A DNA stretch of 64,000 nt from Polyangiaceae bacterium (lineage in GTDB: Bacteria > Myxococcota_A > Polyangia > Polyangiales > Polyangiaceae). A model generated the notes under the pieces. It saw nothing but the letters and a program-made list of their open reading frames with translations, ran no database searches and was not told the origin of the DNA. The stretch spans positions 96,001 to 160,000 of the forward strand of contig JBILLK010000004.1 in assembly GCA_044376115.1 (NCBI GenBank), given 5' to 3'. The position numbers were made by a program, and so were the translations under genes. Position 1 is the first letter of the stretch. Every line of letters begins with the position of its first letter. Positions 57,565-64,000 of this stretch are shown in pieces.

Positions 57565-58350
57565 TCAGTTGAGCAGGTCCTTGTCGGACTTTCCGCCCTT
57601 GATTACGCGCAGACCAGCGGGGTTCGGCTTCTTCTCCCGCACGATCGCCGCACGAATCCCACGCAGAGACTCCGACTGGCTCTGCAGGCGCCGGAACTTC
57701 CACTGCAGGTAGAAGCGACGCAGCGGCGAGCCATCCGCCAGCAAGTAGCCGGCGAGCATGCCGCCGAACGGTGAAACGAGCCCCTCGCGACGCACTTCGT
57801 TGGCGAGGATGTAGAGCACGTTCATCACCAACACGAACGCGATGAAGCCCATGCCGGAGACGGGCAGTACGAAGAAGAGGCGCAGTTGGCGGTCCTTGAA
57901 GGACAAGCCCCAGGCGACCGCGATCGCGTCGATCACACCGAGCCCACCGTAGAACGTGGCTTGATGCAGGTTGGAAATCAGCAGCCCAACCACAACCTGG
58001 AGCAGACTGGCGAACACCCCGCTGACCAGCAAAAACACGCCAAATCGCCGCGGCCCCCAAGACTCCTCGAGGCTGCTGCCCAAAAAGTAGAGGCCCATCA
58101 AGGTGGTGAGCAGATGGCCCACCGAGCCTGGCCCCGAGGGCTGGTGCACCATGAAGCTCGTCAGCAGGCGCCAAACCTCACCGCCCTTGAGGATCTGGTC
58201 GCTGCCGGTCAGCAGCGAGAAGATGTCGACACCGCCGCCGGCCCAGTTGATTCCCGTCGCGAAGAAGATCCACAGCGCCGAGACCACGACCATGGCCGCA
58301 ATCAAAACCTTCTTGGGCTTGGGTAAGCCGAACGTGAGCTGTTCCGACAT
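57565..58350 (-). CDS. Rhomboid-family membrane protein (catalytic residues apparently absent)
   Basis: GEVWRLLTSFMVH, LEESWGPRRF, about six TMs. Confidence 0.8.
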   Translation of the reverse strand: MSEQLTFGLPKPKKVLIAAMVVVSALWIFFATGINWAGGGVDIFSLLTGSDQILKGGEVWRLLTSFMVHQPSGPGSVGHLLTTLMGLYFLGSSLEESWGPRRFGVFLLVSGVFASLLQVVVGLLISNLHQATFYGGLGVIDAIAVAWGLSFKDRQLRLFFVLPVSGMGFIAFVLVMNVLYILANEVRREGLVSPFGGMLAGYLLADGSPLRRFYLQWKFRRLQSQSESLRGIRAAIVREKKPNPAGLRVIKGGKSDKDLLN

Positions 58351-58440
58351 GTTGGATCTTTCGGCACGATCGACCCGTGCGCGAAAGGGCATTGTGGCAC
58401 GGTCACCCCGAGCCGCGAGTCATTTCCACCCGCGGCTCGG

Positions 58441-60069
58441 TTAGGGCCTGGCCGGCAACAAGACCGCCTCGAGCACCAAGTCGAGGGTTGGCCGAGCGAG
58501 CGTTGGCTCGATCCAGGCCGCGCCGCTGCTGCGCAGCCGCGCCCGTGCACCCTCGCTGCCGTTGGGCGGCACCACGGCGATCGCGACAAGGCCGCTCTCA
58601 CGTACGACCAGCGCGGTCTCGATATCGGGCCCAACCTGGGCTGCCAGGACGCCGCGCTCGAACAGGGCTCGCTCCAAGACCGACGGGTCTTCGCCTGACG
58701 GATCGAGCAGGACCACCAGCGCCTTGTGACCGAGCCGCTCGGCCCGCGCCTGCGCGGAGATCTCCGAACGCTTGCGGCTCCCCTCGCCTGCTTGGCGGGC
58801 ACGCTGGATCATGCCTGCGGCCAGCGTCGCGTTGCTCTCGGGATCGATCAGGATGAAGGCGCCGGTGCTGCGGTTGTCCGCATAGCGATCGAACGCCAGC
58901 GGCTGCACGGTGCTGAGCCTAACGCTGCCGATGTCGTTGGCCGAAAGTTCTTGGGCAGGCCGCTCAGCCAGCGTCTCGAGGTCCACCTTGCCGAGCACCT
59001 CCTCGACGTGGGCGGCGAGCGAGCGAGCGCCGCATTTGAGCCAATAGCGCCTGCCAACCAAAAGCGGGGCATCGTCGAGCCAGACCAACGAAGCCTCGAA
59101 GCTCGAGGCCACCTCCGGGACGTGCGACGCAAGCGCCAACAGGTCCCCTCGCCCAACGTCCACGTCTTCGGTGAGCGCTACAGCGACCGAGAGCGGCGCG
59201 CGCGCCGAGCTCAGATCACCGCTCAGCGTGGTGATGCTGGCCACCACCGAGGACCGCCGCGACGGGAAGATGGTCACCGCGTCTCCCACCCGCAGCGTGC
59301 CGGAGAGCACCCTGCCCGCGAGCAAGCGTTGGTCGATCGACGGCCGCAGCACCTGCTGCACGAGATAACGGAGCGGAGCCTGTTGCGCGCGATGACGATG
59401 AGGCAGCGCCTCGAGCCACGACAGAAGCGAGGTTTGCTGCCAGGGCAGATTGGCGCTCGGCCCAATCACGCAATCGCCTTTGGTGGCGGAGATCGGGAAA
59501 CACTGCAGCTGCTCGAAACCGAGCCCAGCGGTAAGCGAGGAGAGCTCCTGCGCGAGCTGCTCGAAGCGCTCACGGCTGTAGCCCACGAGATCCATCTTGT
59601 TGATGGCTACCGCGAGGTACGGGATGCCGAAGAGCCCAGCGATCATCGCGTGACGCCGCGTCTGCGGCTGCACGCCGAGGCGCGCATCAACGAGAATGAC
59701 GGCGGCATCGGCGGTCGACGCCCCGGTGGCCATGTTGCGGGTGTACTGCACGTGGCCGGGCGTATCCGCGACGATCACTTTGCGCTTTTTCGTCGTGAAG
59801 TAGCGGTACGCGACATCGATGGTGATGCCTTGTTCACGCTCGGCGAGCAGCCCGTCGGTGAACAGCGAGAAGTCGATCTCTTGGTCTTTGCCAGCACGTT
59901 TGACCGCCGCGACTTGGTCCTCAGGAAGGCAGTCACAGTCGTAAAGAAGCCGGCCAATCAGCGTCGACTTTCCGTCATCCACCGAGCCCACGACGGCGAG
60001 CCGCAAGAGCTCACGTTCACTTTCGGCGAACGCGACGGGAGCGTTCTCAAACATGGCGTTGGGCTGCAT
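58441..60069 (-). CDS. cysN: Sulfate adenylyltransferase subunit 1 with a short C-terminal remnant
   Basis: GSVDDGKST, EREQGITIDVAYRYF, DTPGH, NKMD. Confidence 0.95.
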   Translation of the reverse strand: MQPNAMFENAPVAFAESERELLRLAVVGSVDDGKSTLIGRLLYDCDCLPEDQVAAVKRAGKDQEIDFSLFTDGLLAEREQGITIDVAYRYFTTKKRKVIVADTPGHVQYTRNMATGASTADAAVILVDARLGVQPQTRRHAMIAGLFGIPYLAVAINKMDLVGYSRERFEQLAQELSSLTAGLGFEQLQCFPISATKGDCVIGPSANLPWQQTSLLSWLEALPHRHRAQQAPLRYLVQQVLRPSIDQRLLAGRVLSGTLRVGDAVTIFPSRRSSVVASITTLSGDLSSARAPLSVAVALTEDVDVGRGDLLALASHVPEVASSFEASLVWLDDAPLLVGRRYWLKCGARSLAAHVEEVLGKVDLETLAERPAQELSANDIGSVRLSTVQPLAFDRYADNRSTGAFILIDPESNATLAAGMIQRARQAGEGSRKRSEISAQARAERLGHKALVVLLDPSGEDPSVLERALFERGVLAAQVGPDIETALVVRESGLVAIAVVPPNGSEGARARLRSSGAAWIEPTLARPTLDLVLEAVLLPARP

Positions 60070-60977
60070 CAGAAGTACCCTTCTCGCTTCTTCGATTCCA
60101 TCGAACCGTCTTCATCGAAATCGATCAGGCGGCCGGCGCGTTCGGACTTTTTGCTGGCCAACATCTCGCGAAGGATGCCAGCGACGTCGGTGGCCTCCGA
60201 CTCCACTGCGCCGGAGAGCGGGTAACACCCCAGCGTGCGAAAACGCACCACCCGCCGGCTCGGCTGTTCACCGCTGCGCAGGCGCATGCGTTCATCGTCC
60301 ACCATGATCCAGGTTCCGGAGCGGCTGACGACAGGCCGTTCTGCGGCGAAATAGAGCGGAACCACCGGGATTTGCTCGCGCAGGATGTAGAGCCAAACGT
60401 CGAGTTCGGTCCAGTTCGACATCGGGAAGACGCGCATGCTTTGACCGGCAGCTACACGGCCGTTGTACAGCTCCCAAAGCTCCGGCCGCTGCCGGCGCGG
60501 ATCCCAAGCGCCCTGTGCGTCGCGAAAGGAGAACACACGCTCTTTGGCTCGCGAACGCTCCTCATCTCGCCGCGCTCCGCCGATCGCAGCGTCGAACTCG
60601 CCATGTTTGAGCGCCTCGAGCAGCGCCTGGGTTTTGGTCGCGTGGGTGTAGGCCTGACTCGAATGGTCGAACGGGTTGATGCCCTGCTCGAGCGCGCGCG
60701 TGTTGCGATGGACCAAGAGCGAGAGCCCATGCTCGCGAACGACCGCGTCGCGGAAGGCGTACATCTCGCGAAACTTCCACGTAGTGTCGATGTGCAGCAG
60801 CGGGAACGGAACCTTCAGTGGGAAGAAGGCCTTGCGCGCGAGGTGCAGCAGGACCTGCGAGTCTTTGCCGATGCTGTACATGAGCACCGGCTTCTGAAAC
60901 TCGCTGGCCGTCTCTCGTAAGATCGCGATGGCCTCAGCCTCGAGCAGGTCCAAGTGGGTATGTCGTTCAACGTTCAT
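60069..60977 (-). CDS. cysD: Sulfate adenylyltransferase subunit 2
   Basis: [35 protein letters not shown]. Confidence 0.97.
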   Translation of the reverse strand: MNVERHTHLDLLEAEAIAILRETASEFQKPVLMYSIGKDSQVLLHLARKAFFPLKVPFPLLHIDTTWKFREMYAFRDAVVREHGLSLLVHRNTRALEQGINPFDHSSQAYTHATKTQALLEALKHGEFDAAIGGARRDEERSRAKERVFSFRDAQGAWDPRRQRPELWELYNGRVAAGQSMRVFPMSNWTELDVWLYILREQIPVVPLYFAAERPVVSRSGTWIMVDDERMRLRSGEQPSRRVVRFRTLGCYPLSGAVESEATDVAGILREMLASKKSERAGRLIDFDEDGSMESKKREGYF

Positions 60978-60985
60978 GGCGTTAC

Positions 60986-61855
60986 TCAAGCTGAAATCAA
61001 GTTGCTCCGACGGGCGCGCAGCCGGGCCCAGACGTGAAGACCGAGCGCAAACAGAAGGGCGCTGGACCAAGCCACGCTGCGCGGGACCCAACCGCTCGAC
61101 GTCACCGTGACGGCGAGCCCAATCGTCACCAGCACCATGTCGACGCGCATGCAGATCGAGCTGAAGAGCGCGCGATTGACGCGCTTCATCAACCAACGCC
61201 CGCCGGCTAGACCGAGCAACACGAGGGGCAAAAAGGAGGCCGAAATGCCTGCGCTTTGCCAGGTGAGCGCACCGATCACCGCGTACACCCCCAACGTGAG
61301 CAACGACTCGAACACCCGCACGATAGCGAGGGCAGCGCGGAACTCGTCTTGCGCTAGCCCAAGGTTGTTGAAGTAGAGCGCGAGCGGCGGACCAGAGACG
61401 GTGGTGGTCGCGTAGAGCACGCCCAGACCAAAACCAAACGGAGGTCCGGAACGGGCGGCGGAACGAATCGGCCAGCGCCAAGCGAAGGACTGCAGGGCGA
61501 TCACCGGCAACAGCACGACGTAGGTCCCCGCTTTGAGCAGCTGGGCCGAGATCACGCCGAAGAGGAACCCACCGACGATCACTCCAGGAACGAGTCCGAA
61601 GAGAATCGGCCTCACGTGTGGCCAGACCGCCCTTACCTGTCGACGGTTCAACCACAGCGAGACGCTGTTGAGCACGACCTCGAGCAGCACGAGCGCCGGG
61701 TTGAGCACGCGGCTCGCCACCATGGTGAGGCTGATCGGGACGACCACCGAGGAGAAGCCGTATCCGAGCGCACCGTTGACGCCGGCAGCCAAAGTAGCGG
61801 CCGCCAACAGCACGAGGAAAACCTGCAGCGACAGATCGAGTATCTCCATCGTCAT
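60986..61855 (-). CDS. TauE/SafE-family sulfite exporter
   Basis: GALGYGF and SGPPLALY repeats, about eight TMs, inside the cys operon. Confidence 0.85.
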   Translation of the reverse strand: MTMEILDLSLQVFLVLLAAATLAAGVNGALGYGFSSVVVPISLTMVASRVLNPALVLLEVVLNSVSLWLNRRQVRAVWPHVRPILFGLVPGVIVGGFLFGVISAQLLKAGTYVVLLPVIALQSFAWRWPIRSAARSGPPFGFGLGVLYATTTVSGPPLALYFNNLGLAQDEFRAALAIVRVFESLLTLGVYAVIGALTWQSAGISASFLPLVLLGLAGGRWLMKRVNRALFSSICMRVDMVLVTIGLAVTVTSSGWVPRSVAWSSALLFALGLHVWARLRARRSNLISA

Positions 61856-62586
61856 CTCCTGTGCAGACCGCATTCGCGATGGGCCGCCGACTCCCACCAC
61901 CAGCGGCCTGCGCGCTCGTCTTCATGGGGTCGAACCGCTCGGGTGCAGGGCGCACAGCCGATCGACGGGTAGCCGACATCGTGTAGGCGGTTATATGGCA
62001 GACGCTCCTCTTCGATAACGGCCCAAACCTCGGCGCGCGTCCAGGTGGCCAGCGGGCTGAACTTGACCAGACCGTTTTGCGCATCCCACTGCACAGTGGG
62101 CAGCTCATCGCGGGTCACGCTCTGCTCGCGCCGCATGCCCGTGATCCAGGCTCGCCGGCCTGCTAGGGCGCGCGACAGCGGCTCGACTTTGCGCAAGGAG
62201 CAGCACTCTTTGCGCGCCTCCAAACTCTCGCGGAAGGAGAAGAACCCTTTGCGGCGCACCAGCTCCTCAACCGCGAGATGGTTCGGAACCAGCGTCTCTA
62301 GCGATAGCCCAAAGCGCTCGACCACGGCCTGCATCACCTCGAAGGTCTCAGCCGGAAGTCGGCCGGTATCGATGGTGAAGACCTGAAGCGCACTCCCGCC
62401 GATCTGCTGCGCCGCCAGGTGCAGCAGCACGATGTCCTCCGGCCCGAAGCTCGTGGCGAGCACCGCCTGCGTGCCAAACCGCTCGAACGCGGCAGCTAGT
62501 ACCTCTCGTGCTCCAGTTGGAGCGGCGCGCGAAGCGACCCACTCGCGATCGGCGGCAGGAGACAGGGGGTCGGGCTGCAGAACCAT
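61852..62586 (-). CDS. cysH: APS reductase (Fe-S type CysH)
   Basis: [32 protein letters not shown]. Confidence 0.93.
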   Translation of the reverse strand: MVLQPDPLSPAADREWVASRAAPTGAREVLAAAFERFGTQAVLATSFGPEDIVLLHLAAQQIGGSALQVFTIDTGRLPAETFEVMQAVVERFGLSLETLVPNHLAVEELVRRKGFFSFRESLEARKECCSLRKVEPLSRALAGRRAWITGMRREQSVTRDELPTVQWDAQNGLVKFSPLATWTRAEVWAVIEEERLPYNRLHDVGYPSIGCAPCTRAVRPHEDERAGRWWWESAAHRECGLHRR

Positions 62587-62683
62587 AGTGGATCTGCATC
62601 TATTATCACAGAATCAGGCCAAGGCTAGAACAACATCCAAGATAGCAGACGATCCAACGGGGAGTTCCGGCCCCAGCCTAAGC

Positions 62684-63619
62684 TCATAAGGCAAAGCAAT
62701 AAATGCGAGCTGATCCCGCTGTCGACGAAAGCCCCACGGCGTCACAGCCATTCGACGGGTGGGTGGAATTCCAGTTGTCGAACATGTTGACGGGGTTTGG
62801 CGAATCGAAGTGGCCCACCGTTGCGCGGGGGTTGAACTGCGCTGAGCTCGTCCAGTTGTCGCAGGTGTCAGTGGTCGCCATGCCGTTCTGCGTCGAGCCG
62901 GTGATGATGTCGTGCTCCCCAATCGGCGGCATTTGCATGTACTCGTCACGCATCAGGTTCATCGCGATGCCGCTGCTATGCAGCGTGTTGACGCTGGAGG
63001 CCACAAGCTCGCCGAGGCTGTTGTACCAAGGGCCAGTACCAATGCGATCGCGCGCATTCATGTTCGACGTGCTGAGATAGGCACGCCAGGTCTTGTTACC
63101 AAGCGAGGCCGCCTGCGCAAGCTGTTGGCAGAACATGTCTGCACCGGAAATCCCCCCAAAATCGCCGGTCATATTGCCAACACTGCTGACGAAGAAGGAC
63201 GTCAGATCCGAGGCGGGGAGAATACATTGACCCGCCGGGGTGCAAACCTCCGCAGGGGCGCAGTCCCCACAACTACCGTTGCAACCGTCGTCGCCGCAAA
63301 CCTGGCTTCCACAATCCGCGACGCAACCGCCCGCGCCGCCATTCGCCGCGCTACCGCCGTTTGCCGCGCCACCGTTACCGCCATTGGCTGCGCCGCCGTT
63401 GCCGCCATTGGCCGCGCCGCCGTTGCCGCCATTGGCCGCGCCACCGTTGCCGCCATTGGCCGCGCCACCGTTACCGCCATTGGCCGCGCCACCATTACCG
63501 GCGGCGCCGTTCCCGGCCCCGCCGTTCGGACTCCCCCCGGCGTTTGAGCTGCCACCAGCCCCCGAATCACCGCAGGCGAGCACGCCCAACCCGAATACCC
63601 ATGCAAGCGACGTTTTCAT
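62684..63619 (-). CDS. Lipoprotein with a Gly/Asn linker and a C-terminal lectin-like (endostatin/DUF1554-like) domain
   Basis: VLAC lipobox; GGISGADMFCQQLA, WRAYLS, IGTGPW, IYCFAL. Confidence 0.8.
   Translation of the reverse strand: MKTSLAWVFGLGVLACGDSGAGGSSNAGGSPNGGAGNGAAGNGGAANGGNGGAANGGNGGAANGGNGGAANGGNGGAANGGNGGAANGGSAANGGAGGCVADCGSQVCGDDGCNGSCGDCAPAEVCTPAGQCILPASDLTSFFVSSVGNMTGDFGGISGADMFCQQLAQAASLGNKTWRAYLSTSNMNARDRIGTGPWYNSLGELVASSVNTLHSSGIAMNLMRDEYMQMPPIGEHDIITGSTQNGMATTDTCDNWTSSAQFNPRATVGHFDSPNPVNMFDNWNSTHPSNGCDAVGLSSTAGSARIYCFAL
63340..63500 (-). repeat. 24-bp coding repeat (NGGAANGG), about five to six units
   Basis: Repeated gccgccattggccgcgccaccgtt-like units. Confidence 0.85.
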
Positions 63620-63684
63620 AACCCTCCGAGTGACCGCAGCCTCCAAAATAGCGGACGAGCCGACGGACCTACGCATGCGGCTCT

Positions 63685-64000
63685 TTACAGCGCGAAGCAG
63701 TACACACGCGCGGTACCACCAGTCGACGCTAAGCCAGCTGCGTCACAGCCATTCGATTGGTGGGTGGAGTTCCAGTTGTCGAACTCGTTGACCGGGTTGG
63801 GCGAGTCGAAATGACCCACCATCGCCTTCGGGTTGAACTTGGCCGCGCTGGTCCAATTGTCACACGTGTCCGCCGTAGCTCTGCCGTCTTGGGTCGACCC
63901 CGTGAGGATGTCGTGTTCCGAGATCGGCGGGGGCTCTCCGAGCTCGGTGAGCATGCGATCCATCGCGACGCCGTTGGCATGGAGAGACGCCACATCGGCC
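63685..64000 (-). CDS. Paralogous lectin-like protein, 3' part only
   Basis: EHDILTGSTQDG...GHFDSPNPVNEFDNWNSTH...VYCFAL, highly similar to the adjacent gene. Confidence 0.85.
   Translation of the reverse strand, partial: ADVASLHANGVAMDRMLTELGEPPPISEHDILTGSTQDGRATADTCDNWTSAAKFNPKAMVGHFDSPNPVNEFDNWNSTHQSNGCDAAGLASTGGTARVYCFAL

Noticed and set aside
60978..62108. 679-aa ORF suggesting a CysD fusion
   Set aside because: The extension is Arg-rich off-frame sequence overlapping TauE and cysH; CysD starts at 60977.

Overview
GC-rich chromosomal window whose gene repertoire suggests a myxobacterium (Polyangiaceae-like; an inference from three Hanks-type kinases, many Pro-rich proteins and an atpDC pair split from the rest of the atp operon). 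Housekeeping genes: prs, surE, atpD-atpC-dnaG-rpoD, a cysH-TauE-cysD-cysN sulfate operon, an FKBP, a PPTase, TolC and a SWIM-SNF2 ATPase. No rRNA, tRNA, CRISPR array or transposase was recognised. Most notable observations: (1) two related, covarying, structured non-coding elements directly flank the SWIM-SNF2 gene, and one resembles a complete promoter-hairpin-terminator small RNA unit; (2) an FHA-like/degenerate-GGDEF/HEPN-motif protein is divergent from a small His/Trp-rich precursor-like peptide gene coupled to two envelope-protein genes, with a nested inverted repeat between them; (3) a translationally coupled OmpA(TraB-like)/LysM-FecR/Ser-Thr kinase/adenylate cyclase operon; (4) apparent pseudo-enzymes (membrane pyrophosphatase, rhomboid, CysC remnant); (5) a tandem lectin-like lipoprotein duplication that includes a short downstream element. 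All domain calls were made by eye from motifs; no database searches were run, and several start codons are uncertain.
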